This document shows positions 1-15,056 of a DNA stretch of 64,000 nt, piece by piece. The DNA is taken from the NCBI GenBank assembly GCA_964016885.1, contig OZ024750.1, positions 36,394,001 through 36,458,000 on the forward strand, in the 5' to 3' direction. A model generated the notes under the pieces. That model saw only the letters and a program-made list of their open reading frames with translations. It ran no database searches and had not been told where the DNA came from. The position numbers and the translations under genes are program-made. Origin of the DNA: Eledone cirrhosa (Eukaryota). Each line of letters opens with the position of its first letter. Position 1 is the first letter of the stretch.

Positions 1-450
1 GACCGAGACCTTTGGCGGTACTCAGTAACAGAGAAGACCCGCCTTACCTAAATATATAGTAAAACCTACTCCAGCCAGTAGGCATCTCTAACAAAATACA
101 CCCCGTCCCACCACCACCACCCCCACCCCATCCACACCACCCCGTTCTATGTAAAGTTATGTTGGTGCCGCGCGATCGAGGCCGAAACAAATGAGATCGT
201 GTAGGTGTCACGACAAAAAAACACACAGTCCACGCTGTAATGTGGCCGTGTAGGCAACACGGTAAAAACCTCCCAGACCCACACTGTAAATGTGGTTGGT
301 GTTAGGAAGGGCATCCAACTGTAGAAAACCTGCCAGACAGTCCTATGCGAGCAAGACAATCACTCTTGCCTCAAGTGGGACTACCCCCGTCCAAACCCAT
401 GCAAGCGTGGAACACGGATGTTAAACGTTGATGATGATGATGATGATGAT
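1..450 (+). mobile_element. 3' end of an RTE-clade LINE (last codons, 3' UTR, (GAT)n tail)
   Basis: 1-51 reads DRDLWRYSVTEKTRLT*, matching the end of the RTE ORF at 62945-63868 (DRDLWRYSVTEKTRVT). The 3' UTR is the reverse complement of ~62547-62945 and ends in (GAT)n. Confidence 0.9.
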
Positions 451-451
451 G

Positions 452-538
<87 letters not shown>

Positions 539-543
539 TATAC

Positions 544-621
<78 letters not shown>

Positions 622-642
622 TCATATATATACATATATATA

Positions 643-690
<48 letters not shown>

Positions 691-726
691 TATACATATA
701 TATATATGTATATATATAAATATATG

Positions 727-766
<40 letters not shown>

Positions 767-770
767 TATA
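451..770. repeat. (TA)n microsatellite
   Basis: Direct reading; YI-repeat ORFs are artefacts. Confidence 0.97.
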
Positions 771-994
771 ACTGCAGCAGCTTTCCAGTGACACCAATAT
801 TGGACAGCTTTCTCAGTAGATTGTTATGATCAACCCTGTCAAAGGCCTTGCTGAAATCAAGGTAGATAACATCAGTGTTGGAACCCTCTCCCAAGGCTCT
901 CAAAATGTCATCAAATTGATGCAGTAGCTGCGTCAGGCAATCCCTTCCATTACGGAATCCATGCTGGTTGGAGTTCAGCATATTGTTACTCTCA
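771..994 (-). mobile_element. Inverted duplicate of LINE segment 1615-1838
   Basis: 224-bp reverse complement of 1615-1838 with two substitutions seen by eye (translated as HQF vs HHF and HNNL vs HNIL). Confidence 0.93.
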
Positions 995-2992
995 CTAGAG
1001 ATTAAAAAACATAACCTCCAAAACAACATAATGTCCCTTATCAACAATCAGAGAAGAGCTGAAGAGGCCTGGGCCATTGAGAAGATCAAACTCAATCCCA
1101 AAGTGTTCTTTTCATTTGCAAAAAAACACAAAATCACTGGCTCTACTGTTGGCCCTCTAATTGATGAAAATGGCACTCTTCAAGACAATGCTAAAACCAT
1201 GGGTGAGATACTGCAGAAACAATACTGCTCTGTTTTCAGCAATCCTGATATGGCTGATCTGGGCTGTATCGGCGATGTTACTCCCCATTACACCTTATCG
1301 GACATAACGTTTGGCGCCCCTGATGTCTTGGCGGCAATAAAGGAAATCAAGCATAATTCAGCAGTAGGTCCTGATAGGTTCCCTGCTTGTGTCTTGAAGG
1401 CGTGTCAACACCAACTTGCTTCTCCTCTTGCCAATCTGTGGCGGAACTCACTGGATGCTGGATATGTGCCAGAAAACCTTCTATCCCAGTCTGTTGTCCC
1501 AGTTTTCAAAAAGGGAAACAAATCCCTTGCCGTGAATTACCGTCCAATCTCACTCACCTCTCATATCATTAAGGTATTTGAGAGAGTGGTGAGTTCGCGA
1601 ATGACCCACTTCCTTGAGAGTAACAATATGCTGAACTCCAACCAGCATGGATTCCGTAATGGAAGGGATTGCCTGACGCAGCTACTGCATCACTTTGATG
1701 ACATTTTGAGAGCCTTGGGAGAGGGTTCCAACACTGATGTTATCTACCTTGATTTCAGCAAGGCCTTTGACAGGGTTGATCATAACATTCTACTGAGAAA
1801 GCTGTCCAATATTGGTGTCACTGGAAAGCTGCTGCAGTGGATCAAGAGCTTCCTGTCAAACAGAACCCAACATGTTGTAGTTGAGGGAGTCAAATCAAGC
1901 CCAGCCAAAGTCAGTAGTGGGGTCCCACAAGGCACTGTGTTGGGCCCACTTCTCTTCATCATCTATATTAGTGACATCACTGACATCATCAAACACAGCA
2001 ACATTAAAATTTTCGCTGATGATTCCAAGCTCCAAAAGGTCATCAATGGCGTGGATGACCGGATAAGCCTTCAGTCAGACCTACTGGCTGTTACCCAATG
2101 GGCAGAAAAGAACAACATGTTACTGAACGAAGACAAATTCGAACTGATCCACTTTGGAAAAGAGGATGCTCTGAAACTCCCGTACTCCCTTCCCTCCGGG
2201 GAAACTCTCGTGGCATCTAACAACATCAGAGACTTGGGAGTAACCGTGGACAGCAACATAAGCTGGACCACGCATATAAGCAGCAAAGTTGACATGGCCC
2301 GCAGAATGTGTTCCTGGATCCTCAGAACCTTCCAGTCGAGAGATTCCCGCACCATTATCCTTCTCTTCTCTACTTTTGCCCGACCACACCTTGAATACTG
2401 TTGTCCACTGTGGTCTCCCCACACGAAACAAAGTATCATGAAACTTGAAGCTCCTCAAAGGGCAATCACGAAAAAGATAGATGGCATGTCAGACCTTGAC
2501 TACTGGGGTCGATTAGAAAACCTGAAACTTTACTCACTCCAACGTCGCCGTTAGCGTTATATTATCTGCATGATGTGGAAAATGTTCCATCATCACTGCC
2601 CAAATGATGTTGGCATCGCCTTCAAGATACACCCAAGGCTTGGGCCCCGTGCTATCCGTCCCATTCAAAAATCTAAATCGCAACTCATAACAACAATACG
2701 GCACAATTATTTCACCTCAATCGGCCCTGCTCTCTTCAACATCACACCAGGACACGTCAAAACAGAAACTGACCACACAAAATTCAAGAAGTCTTTGGAC
2801 AAATTCCTCCAAGTAATCCCGGACAAACCACCCACACCCGGATATGTCTCCGCAAACAGTAATTCTCTTCTCGAATGGGCCATGGTGCCCAAATCCTGAA
2901 TTGAAAGACTTCGCCAGGTGGTGCTATTAAGTTAGACATGGCCTGGGCCAATACTGGCCAAAACATTTCAAAGTTATTCAAAGTTCAAAGTT
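995..2992 (+). mobile_element. 5'-truncated CR1/L2-group LINE; RT ORF with one in-frame stop
   Basis: RT motifs [48 protein letters not shown] at 2552-2554 interrupts the frame, which continues in frame to 2899. The short 3' UTR ends in TTCAAAG repeats running into (TA)n. Confidence 0.92.
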
Positions 2993-3848
<856 letters not shown>

Positions 3849-3905
3849 AAATATTTGAGTATATTTACAATATTAAATAAATGGAAAACTATATTTATAA
3901 AACCA

Positions 3906-3980
3906 TATTTATTTCATTATATATATTTCGGGGATATCATATTAACAATATGCTATGCCTTCATCAGACAAAATACAATA
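3906..3980 (-). ncRNA. Minimal type I hammerhead ribozyme motif (left PLE arm)
   Basis: Reverse complement of the motif at 7763-7837. Confidence 0.75.
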
Positions 3981-5423
3981 TAAACAGTTTTATAGATAAA
4001 TATATTCGACATACCGTAATAAACATCAACTTCATTTGAAGAGATTTACGCTAGCAGTGAAAATACAGAGAGAAAGAAAGAGAGAAAGAAAAGAGGGAAA
4101 AAAGAAAGAAAGAAAGACAAAACGAAGAAAAGGAAGAAAAAGAAGAAAAAGAAAAAGAAGAAATGCATGGAACAAAATAGAGAGATGGAAAAATAGATAA
4201 AGCGAAGAGCTTCATGTAAAGAGACAGAAAGAGATATATATATATAGAGAGAGAGGAAATAGAGATAGATACATATATATATATAGAAAATTAGGTAGTG
4301 GGAGGTCATTTTGAGTAAGTGTATCAATGATACATTTATTTATTTATTTATTTATTCATTTATTTATTTAGCTCAAGTATTAATGTAAGGGAGATATATA
4401 GAGAGATATAGAGAGATATAGAGAGATATAGAGAGAGAAAAAAAATTTAAAAATAGCCAGACATATTCGAGGCGTAGAAAACCCTATGTTTTAATGTATT
4501 AATATTTATAAAACTTACACTATATTGTAAATATCACTATTCCTGAATGAAACAAGTATTCACAATGTGTGAAAATTCATTATCTTATGTTTAGTTTTAA
4601 AAAATTCATATGTTTATGTGACAGCTACAAACATCAATGTGAATCCAACTGATTCACTCCGCAAACTCTAGATTACCGGAAAACATTCTCAATGTGGTAT
4701 AAAAATTTGAGCGTATTATTATTCTTGCGATTACTCTACAAGATTATCTATCAAGCAGAAATAGAGAGCAGATTTCAATATACTAATCGAAAATATATAT
4801 TATATTATAAACAAAGATAACAATAATAATAATAATAAGTAAAAATATATAAAAATATAGAATAGAAAACTAAAAAAATATTACGAAAGAATATTACATA
4901 ATAAAAATATTGCATATTAAAAATACTACGTATTAAAAAATATTACGTATTAAAAATTTACATATAAAAATATTAAAAATAAAATAAAAAATAAAATACT
5001 ACAATACTAAAAGAATAAAAATAAAAATAAAAATAAAATAAAATGAAAATAAAAATAAACCACAAAGAACAACCCTTCAAAGTTAATTGACAATATATTG
5101 CCAAGTTCACTACAAGACAAAGCCAAAACTTATCTATCAAATCACATCTAGCAAAGAATATCGCAAAAAGATTATGATGTCCAATAATGTCTACATATGT
5201 TCCTATATTTAATATAGAAGTTTATCTAGTGTAAGGTTAATTCAAAAAATTTGGAGCATCGGCTTTTAGGGTAGCTTAATTTTTCATGAGGAATGTTTAG
5301 ATAAAAATAAAAATAAATAAAATAAAATAAACAATAAAAAGAGTAAAAAGAGGGAATCAAAGATTTAGGAATCAAAAAATTTATCGGCTAGTTCTCATAT
5401 AAATATAAATCAAACTAAATATA

Positions 5424-6743
5424 CTACATTTTAAATTTAAATTTATATTTAAACGTTGAGTTTAATCTATGTTTGCAACAACTGAATAAATTTGTCCGTA
5501 GGTTAAGGGAATTTTTAGATTTTAGTATAAAGAATATCTCCTCTGCGCAGAGGTCACATGTCTCAGAGAATGAATTAAAAGGAATCCCTCTTGAGACTAT
5601 ATTCCAAGCCGTCGAATATCTAACGTTATCTAGCTTAAGTTGCCAGAGCATCCCTGATAGTGCCGTTGAAGATTTTTTATTTGGATCTGTGAAAGAATTC
5701 TTGTGGTTATTATAGCGAAGTTTAAATTCCGTCGATGTGGAACCGACGTAGTTAAAAGAATTAGAGTCAGTATTAACATTACAATTGTATACTATATTTT
5801 TAACTAAGCAGTTGTTATTTAACGGACATTTAGATCTATCTCTACAGTTACATTTGTTAACTTGTATATTATTTATGCTATTATCAGTAGGTTTTAAGTT
5901 CCTATTATTTATTCTATTAATATTTTGTGCTAAATTTTTGGTGGATGAGTAGGTTAATTTAATTGTATGCCTATTGAAGATTGAGTGATACCTATGTGTT
6001 CTAGGGAAGCGATTATCAAGAGCTTTGAAAAATAATTTAGCGATGTGGGTTTTAATGTTTAGTGAGAAAGGGGGGGCAAACCAAATTATGTTCCTAGTTC
6101 TATTTCTTTTTTGTCCTTTGGAATTATTGTAATGCTTTCTATTATAGTTGTTAATGTTGTTGCCGTAATTAAAAAAGTTGTTACTTTGTTTAGTTTGTCT
6201 ATCATTATCTATGTACACAATCTTGTCAGCATACCCTGCCCTAGCTAGTGCATCATTATAGTATTGGGCCTTTTCGTCAAAAATCTTTCTATTCGACGAG
6301 ATCCTAGAGATACGTTTTTGGACTGAGTTTACTATAGTGTTTTTGACAGATCTGGGGTGGTTAGAGTTAAAGTTGACATAGTTTAAGTTTTCATTCAACT
6401 TGTGAAAAGGATAGTGGAGACATGTGTTGAGATTTAATGTTATATCTAGGAAATTGACTATTCTATGGTTGTTCTCAATTTCTATTTTAAGGTTAAAGTA
6501 ATTAAAAAATTTTGTAATTTGTTTACATTTTCTATTTAGTTCAGGGTTATTATTATTAATAAGTAAAAGCATGTCATCCCTATATAAACCTCCGGTAGTA
6601 CCAGGTATTTTCCTATGTAGCGAATTGATTAAAAATAAGCCCACAAGGTCAGTTACCTGAGCTGAGTCGGAAGATCCCATAGTTATGTCAAAATTGTTAT
6701 CTCTATCTGCTCTGGTCCATAATTTGTCATTAAATTCTATCAA
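5424..6743 (-). CDS. PLE polyprotein C-terminal part: partial RT, CxC linker and GIY-YIG endonuclease (possibly Hydra-like clade)
   Basis: FDITMGSSDSAQ, LYRDD, VNFLDITL, YVNFNSNHP, CNCR...CPL...C, IVY...YVGST...FKLRYNNH. Uninterrupted 439-aa frame cut at its 5' side by the inversion junction. Confidence 0.88.
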   Translation of the reverse strand: MIEFNDKLWTRADRDNNFDITMGSSDSAQVTDLVGLFLINSLHRKIPGTTGGLYRDDMLLLINNNNPELNRKCKQITKFFNYFNLKIEIENNHRIVNFLDITLNLNTCLHYPFHKLNENLNYVNFNSNHPRSVKNTIVNSVQKRISRISSNRKIFDEKAQYYNDALARAGYADKIVYIDNDRQTKQSNNFFNYGNNINNYNRKHYNNSKGQKRNRTRNIIWFAPPFSLNIKTHIAKLFFKALDNRFPRTHRYHSIFNRHTIKLTYSSTKNLAQNINRINNRNLKPTDNSINNIQVNKCNCRDRSKCPLNNNCLVKNIVYNCNVNTDSNSFNYVGSTSTEFKLRYNNHKNSFTDPNKKSSTALSGMLWQLKLDNVRYSTAWNIVSRGIPFNSFSETCDLCAEEIFFILKSKNSLNLRTNLFSCCKHRLNSTFKYKFKFKM

Positions 6744-7762
6744 AGTTTTCCTAGCCGATAATATTTTTAATATTTTTATATGTAAATTTTTAATACGTAA
6801 TATTTTTTAATACGTAGTATTTTTAATATGCAATATTTTTATTATGTAATATTCTTTCGTAATATTTTTTTAGTTTTCTATTCTATATTTTTATATATTT
6901 TTACTTATTATTATTATTATTGTTATCTTTGTTTATAATATAATATATATTTTCGATTAGTATATTGAAATCTGCTCTCTATTTCTGCTTGATAGATAAT
7001 CTTGTAGAGTAATCGCAAGAATAATAATACGCTCAAATTTTTATACCACATTGAGAATGTTTTCCGGTAATCTAGAGTTTGCGGAGTGAATCAGTTGGAT
7101 TCACATTGATGTTTGTAGCTGTCACATAAACATATGAATTTTTTAAAACTAAACATAAGATAATGAATTTTCACACATTGTGAATACTTGTTTCATTCAG
7201 GAATAGTGATATTTACAATATAGTGTAAGTTTTATAAATATTAATACATTAAAACATAGGGTTTTCTACGCCTCGAATATGTCTGGCTATTTTTAATTTT
7301 TTTTTCTCTCTCTATATCTCTCTATATCTCTCTATATCTCTCTATATATCTCCCTTACATTAATACTTGAGCTAAATAAATAAATGAATAAATAAATAAA
7401 TAAATAAATGTATCATTGATACACTTACTCAAAATGACCTCCCACTACCTAATTTTCTATATATATATATGTATCTATCTCTATTTCCTCTCTCTCTATA
7501 TATATATATCTCTTTCTGTCTCTTTACATGAAGCTCTTCGCTTTATCTATTTTTCCATCTCTCTATTTTGTTCCATGCATTTCTTCTTTTTCTTTTTCTT
7601 CTTTTTCTTCCTTTTCTTCGTTTTGTCTTTCTTTCTTTCTTTTTTCCCTCTTTTCTTTCTTTCTTTCTTTCTCTCTGTATTTTCACTGCTAGCGTAAACC
7701 TCTTCAAATGAAGTTGATGTTTATTACGGTATGTCGAATATATTTATCTATAAAACTGTTTA

Positions 7763-7837
7763 TATTGTATTTTGTCTGATGAAGGCATAGCATATTGTTA
7801 ATATGATATCCCCGAAATATATATAATGAAATAAATA
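7763..7837 (+). ncRNA. Minimal type I hammerhead ribozyme motif (right PLE arm)
   Basis: UAUUUUGU-CUGAUGA(7776-7782)-imperfect helix II-GAAA(7814-7817)-UAUAUA-UA-AUGAAAUA. Helix I pairs over 8 bp including G-U pairs. Confidence 0.75.
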
Positions 7838-7947
7838 TGGTTTTATAAATATAGTTTTCCATTTATTTAATATTGTAAATATACTCCAAATATTTGTCGA
7901 GTTATAAATATTTACTAGTTGTAACCCAACAATTTTAAATATAACTT

Positions 7948-8893
<946 letters not shown>

Positions 8894-9252
8894 TTGTTAT
8901 ATTTGGGGAGGGTCATATTTGCGTAATATTGCCAGAATTAATAACAGAACACACTCACTGTTTGGTTGGTTTTCGCTTCTCGCTGTCTTTTATATATATA
9001 TATCTGCGATCTAACTTACTCGGTCCTCAATGTTGCCATTGACTGACCGGCGGTCAAAAATAATACAGATACAATATAGACACAAACACATACATATAGT
9101 TTACATAATTTACATAAATCTTTCGTTGCACATCTGCAACATCGTCAGTGGTGTTATATTCATTGTTCCTCCTGTTGTGTTGTATGTCTACGCCATTATT
9201 TTTGTTCAGTTTGTCTATATATTTATTTATTTATTTGCTAATTCATCGCCGC
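8894..9252 (-). mobile_element. PLE-like terminal-repeat fragment (TTGTTATA..GGGAGGGTCAT family) with a hammerhead-like core at ~9113-9153
   Basis: Near-identical to 20840-21180 and similar to 17849-18128. Minus strand reads CUGACGA-U-GUUGCA-GAUG-UGCAAC-GAAA. Confidence 0.7.
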
Positions 9253-9663
<411 letters not shown>

Positions 9664-9676
9664 TAAGAAGGCACAT

Positions 9677-9957
9677 GGAGGCATATGGCTTAGTGGTTAG
9701 AGCATTGGCCTTGCAATCGAAAGGTTGTGAGTTCAATTCTCAGACCGGGTGATGTGTTGTTTCCTTGAGCAAGACACTTTATTTCACATTGCTCCAGTTT
9801 ACTCAGCTGTAGAAATGAGATGATAGGGACTGGGGGTCCCTATCATTCCACTGCAAAGTGGTCGTGTAGGTGCCACGGCAAAAAAGCACCCAGCACTCAC
9901 TGTAAATGAGGTTAGTGTTAGGAAGGGCATCCAGCTGTAGAAATCAAGCCAGAAATC
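9677..9957 (+). mobile_element. tRNA-derived CORE-type SINE (family A), 3' end lost at a hairpin element
   Basis: A box TGGCTTAGTGG, B box GAGTTCAATTC, MIR-CORE-like CCTTGAGCAAGACACTT...CAGTTTACTCAGCTGTAGAAATGAG, RTE-like 3' part. Confidence 0.85.
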
Positions 9958-10219
9958 AAGGAAATGTGATAAGGAACCAGATGGACCATAACGTAACCAG
10001 AGTACTCAATACTTAGGGTAGTAGAGTGCGTAATAGGAAAAAGTATGACCCCGACGGCAGAGCTAAAGTGATTTCGACGGCTATTTCTAGACTGAGTCTG
10101 GTCGAAATGGCTTGAGCTCTGACGTCGGGTCATACTTTTTCCTATTACCTACTCTACTACCCTAAGTATTGAGTACTCTGGTACGTTATGGTCCATCTGG
10201 TTCCTTACCACAATTCCTT
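9958..10219. mobile_element. MITE-like near-complete palindrome (~260 bp)
   Basis: 9958-~10080 is an imperfect reverse complement of ~10100-10219. A related half copy lies at 36218-36305. Confidence 0.75.
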
Positions 10220-10278
10220 CGTTATATATACACATATATATATACGTATATACATATATGTATATACATATATATATA

Positions 10279-10684
10279 TTGTTATACTTTGGGAGGGTCA
10301 TGTTGCCAATAAGAAACACACGCACCAGTTGCTTTCACTTCAATTTATTATAATAAATTTATAAATTTCTGGTTGGTTGGTTGGTTCCACAACCAGATAG
10401 TTGTTTATATATAGTCATAGTTCTTTCGTCACACACTCTGTGACCTCTTCAGTGACTGGGGATTCCTTTCTTTGTTTCTGTGCCTCTCCTTTGTTCTGTC
10501 CTACGCCATTTTGTTTCTTTGTTTCAATTTATAAATTTATTATAAATTTATTATAATAAATAGAAATGAAAGCAACTGGTGCGTGTGTTTCTTATTGGCA
10601 ACATGACCCTCCCAAAGTATAACAATATCGGTTTCAACACACGATTTCAGATAAAGAATCTTGCTAAACAAATTCAGAAACGAC
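10279..10684. mobile_element. Asymmetric fold-back PLE-like element with hammerhead and tail
   Basis: Inverted arms 10279-~10366 and ~10540-10625, tail 10626-10684, flanked by (TA)n. Confidence 0.8.
10413..10457 (-). ncRNA. Minimal type I hammerhead ribozyme motif
   Basis: AGUCA-CUGAAGA-G-GUCAC-AGAGUGU-GUGAC-GAAA-GAAC-UA-UGACU, with perfect 5-bp helices I and II. Confidence 0.82.
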
Positions 10685-10880
10685 ATATATATATATATAT
10701 ATACATATATATATACATATATATATATATATACATATATATATACACCTATATATATATATATATTCATATATATATATATGTATATACATATATATGT
10801 GTATATATATTTGTATACACATATATATGTGTATACATATATATATACACATATATATGTATATACATATATATATATAT

Positions 10881-13100
10881 ATCATCATCATCATCATCAT
10901 CATCACCGTTTTACGTCCGTTCTTCCACGCTAGCATGGGTTAGACGGGTTGTCCTGTTGTGGGCAGTGTCTGGTCGGCTGACCATGCCTTGCTCATACAG
11001 GAACTGATCTGGCTTGATTTCTACAGCTGGATGCCCTTCCTAACACCAACCTCATTTACAGTGAGTGCTGGGTGCTTTTTCGTGGCGCCTACACGTCCAC
11101 TTTACAGTGTGGGCTGGGTGCTTTTTTGCCGTGGCACCTCCACGACCACCTTGCGGTGGGGGGGGGGGGGGGCATATTGTTTATATGCTTCAGCATGTAC
11201 CCATGGGAGGTCGGGTACCCTGTATTACTGCGTGACGCCAGAAGTCACGGTCGTGTGTCATTGACTTTGAGAGGTGTAGTTGGGTAAGGTCGGCTTTTAT
11301 CACCTCATCCCAAGTCATCTTGGGTCTCCCCACTCCGCGGTTTCCATCAACTTCTAGTGCTCTGCACCTTTTTATGCAGCTGTCATCCTTCATACGCATC
11401 ACATGTCCATACCAGCGTAACCGCCTCTCCTGCACGCAGCATTTGATTCCTCTTATGCTCAGTCTCTCTCTCAATTCATTTATGCTTTGTCGTTCACGTA
11501 TATTACTGTTACACATCCATCGGAGCATGCAGGCTTCGTTTCTCTCTAATCTACGTAAGTCTTCCACCTTCAGCGCCCAGGTCTCACTACCATGCAACAT
11601 CGCTGTTCGGATACACGCATCATACAGTCTGCCTTTCATTCTGAGGGAGAAGCCTTTTGCAGCTAGCAGTGGTAGTAGTTCCCTAAACTTCTTCCATCCC
11701 GTTCTTACCCTAGTTATTGTACTTTCTGAGCACCCACCTCCGTTGCTAATTCGGTCACCTAGGTAGCAGAAGCTGTCTACTGTTTCTACAGGGCCCTCCC
11801 AGAGATTGGTGGTACTTGTTTCCTGTGGCTGTTTGCTTGCTGTTTCAGCACAGCTGCTGCATGTGAATCCTACATTCTTAATTAAGCTTCCTGAGATCCC
11901 GCTACATCTCTTGTGTACCCATTGTTTGCATTTGGGGCAAAGAATGGAGTTCCTACCTACACCTTTCCTACATACTGAGCAAGGCCATTTCCCTGAGGGG
12001 ATCTGGGTTCTGTTTTCTCGTCTACTTATAAGGACCTTAGTCTTTGTCATGTTGACTTTGAGGCCCTTTCTCTCTAGTCCCTGCTTCCAGGTTTGGAATT
12101 TATTCTCTAGTTCTACCATAGATTCAGCTATGAGTGCGAGGTCATCAGCATACAGGAGTTCCCATGGGCATCCGGTCTTAAACTCCTCCGTTATTGCCTG
12201 CAGGACTATGATGAACAGGAGAGGGCTAAGAACAGAGCCCTGGTGGACCCCAACCTGTACGCTAAATTCCTCGCTATACTCATTGCCAATCCTAACTTTG
12301 CTGACTGCTCCCCTATACATGGCTTGTACCGCTTTCACAAGCCATTCATCTACTCCTAGTTTTCTAAGAGCCCACCAGATTACTGCACGTGGAACTCTGT
12401 CAAAGGCTTTCTCAAGGTCGACAAATGCCAAGTAGAGTGGCTTACTTTTAGCTAGGTACTTTTCCTGTAATTGCCTCACAAGGAAGAGCGCATCAGTGGT
12501 GCCTTTCCCTGGAACAAACCCAAATTGCATCTCGTCTATATTCACCCGGTCCCTAATCAGCTGTGCTATAACTCTTTCTGTTACTTTCATGACCTGGTCC
12601 ATCAACTTTATACCTCTATAGTTTCCTCTATCTAGTGCATCGCCTTTACCTTTGTAGCAGTTGACAATGATGCTACTGCACCAATCTTTTGGTATGGCCC
12701 CCTCTAGTATTACCTGGTTAACGATACGTGTGGTTATAGTGTGACCTACAGACCCAGATGCCTTCAGCATCTCGGCAGCTATACCCGATGGACCGGTTGC
12801 CTTCCCTATCTTCATATCTCTGATTGCCTTACTTACTACGCTGCCGCTGACTTGTACTGCTGGTCCCTCTATAGGGTCTACGTGGGGTAGGGTCTCTTCT
12901 TCCCATGCATTCTCCTCATTTAGTAATCTATCATAATGACTCTTCCATGCATCTTTCTTCTCAGCACTTGTGAGGGCAAGCTCACCTTTATCATTCCGGA
13001 TACACTTCTCTCCAATGACATCACAACTATCTCTGACACACTGCCTCGCAATCTTGAATACCTCCTGTTTCTGGTCCTCACGTTGTAAAACATGCTTGAA
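10881..13100 (-). mobile_element. 5'-truncated RTE LINE with open RT frame, 3' UTR and (GAT)n tail
   Basis: NYRGIKL, QFGF, FVDLEKAFDRVPR, GVHQGSVLSPLLF, LYADD, a Cys/His knuckle, RRLRWYGHV. Stop at 11190. The YI N-terminus of the called ORF is microsatellite. Confidence 0.93.
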
Positions 13101-13130
13101 TATACATATATATATATATATATATACATG

Positions 13131-13186
<56 letters not shown>

Positions 13187-13516
13187 TGTATATACATATA
13201 TATATACATATATATATACATATATATATACACATATATATATATATACATATATATATAAATTAATAAAAACAATGAATAAAAACAAATAACAAGTTCC
13301 TTATATTAAAAAATTCATCATTTTACGATCGTTTCTAGGATATATATACATGTTGGTATGTATATCATATAGATCTATGTAAAAATATTACAAACTATCA
13401 GAGAAAATATACATACCTTCACATATATATAATGCATCTTCTCTTTTCATGATATTTGGATTACATTGAGTTCTTCATATGGATTGGACACTACCGTATA
13501 TTTTGGTAGATTTATC

Positions 13517-13548
<32 letters not shown>

Positions 13549-14040
13549 CAAAATAGCTGTTTTAGAGAAAAGGTGAAATTAGAAATAGCACTGCAAGTAT
13601 ATTTAATGATCTGTTTTTTTTTTCTTTCTTTGATTCTTCAAAGTGACATTATTGAAAAAATGAGAGGGATAATTAGTTTTAAAAATAATTTTTTAATATA
13701 TATAATATATAACTGGTTTCAATGTATTGGTAAATCCATCTCCTCAAATGTTGAGTATTACAATTAAAAAGAATTAAAAATTAAAAATTGAAGATTTAAA
13801 ATTAAGTGTTGAGGCAAGTTTTTTCATCTTTCTTGTTGAAAAGAAGAATGGAAAAATGAAATCTTGTGTATATAGAGAGAGGTGTAGTCATGGTAGTAGC
13901 AGCAGCAGTGGTGTTGGTTTATTTTTTTCACACAGAACAAAATTATTTTTAGGGAGAGGGTGATTTTCTCTAAATATGTGTGTGTATCTCATTTGTATCT
14001 CTTTTACACTAAACCTTGGTAAATCTTTACACTAACATAC

Positions 14041-14091
14041 CCCATAACTATGGAATAACTGCAAACCAGTACTGACTAGACATTCACCAAT
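14041..14091 (-). CDS. Candidate 51-bp host exon (IGECLVSTGLQLFHSYG), product unknown
   Basis: T-rich acceptor ...GTATTTCAG and donor GGG|GTATGT; only the phase-0 frame is open; lies in unique sequence. Confidence 0.3.
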
Positions 14092-15056
14092 CTGAAATAC
14101 CAACACGCATCAACAAAAACTTTATTATTGATGGACTCCGATTTATCTATCCACTAAGAAGTCTCTGGAAGGAAACATTCTCTATATTTTCTGACTTTAA
14201 AAAACTCAAGGTTGTCAACTCAAGGGTCAATAAATCAAAGAGCCAATATGTACTTGGCTAAATAGATCAGTTCTCTCCAGGACAAGTGGCCTAATTTCAA
14301 ATATTTATTTAGTAATATGTTCTATTTCACATGATAATAATTCTTGTTAGAATAAGTTGATATTCAACAAATGTGAAGAGTGATATAAGTAGAGATTTTA
14401 TGGTAAATGTCAAATGTAAATTTACAATGAATGAATTTACAACCTGCAGTTACTGTGCTACTTTGTTTCTTTTACAGACAAGCAGAGGGAAAGTTAACAT
14501 GTTTTGCACCATTTTATGAGAGAAAAGCAAAACCTATAAATTCTAACTCACTCACAATGAACATTTTCAGCATATAAGAAAGGTGTTTTAAATTAATGTT
14601 CAGATATTTATTATTAAGTCTACTTTTAAATTGATTGGCTGTCTTCAGCAGTAAAACCTCCCTTGGTAACTGATTCCAGTTAACATATATCCTGTTCTAG
14701 AAGATTTGCTGCTTATAACTTTGTTTTATTACTTCTTGAATAACTAATGAGAATGGCCTCTAGCTGATAACATGTATGACGTTTCACTTGACTGCATAAT
14801 CTTTATTTTATAGGTTTAAGAATGGTGGATTAGCAGAAATGGTATATGGACAGATTAAATACTTCATAGTATTTAGTTGTTCCTTATAAATTCTGATTTA
14901 AAATTCCAGTTGAATTTCCAGTTTGAGTCTTATTCCCTTGGTATTGCTAAAATAAATATTAATCATGTTTACGATTTATTCAATCAAATATATCACTCTC
15001 TTTTATTGTTTTCTACCAATGTTCAAAATATATATAGATATATAGTGATATATATA

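Noticed and set aside
2552-2554. Programmed stop read-through in the LINE ORF
   Set aside because: A single GAG-to-TAG type substitution in a truncated copy is simpler.
13417-13515. Selenocysteine-containing exon (single TGA in the phase-1 frame)
   Set aside because: No SECIS or homology support; exon status itself is unproven.
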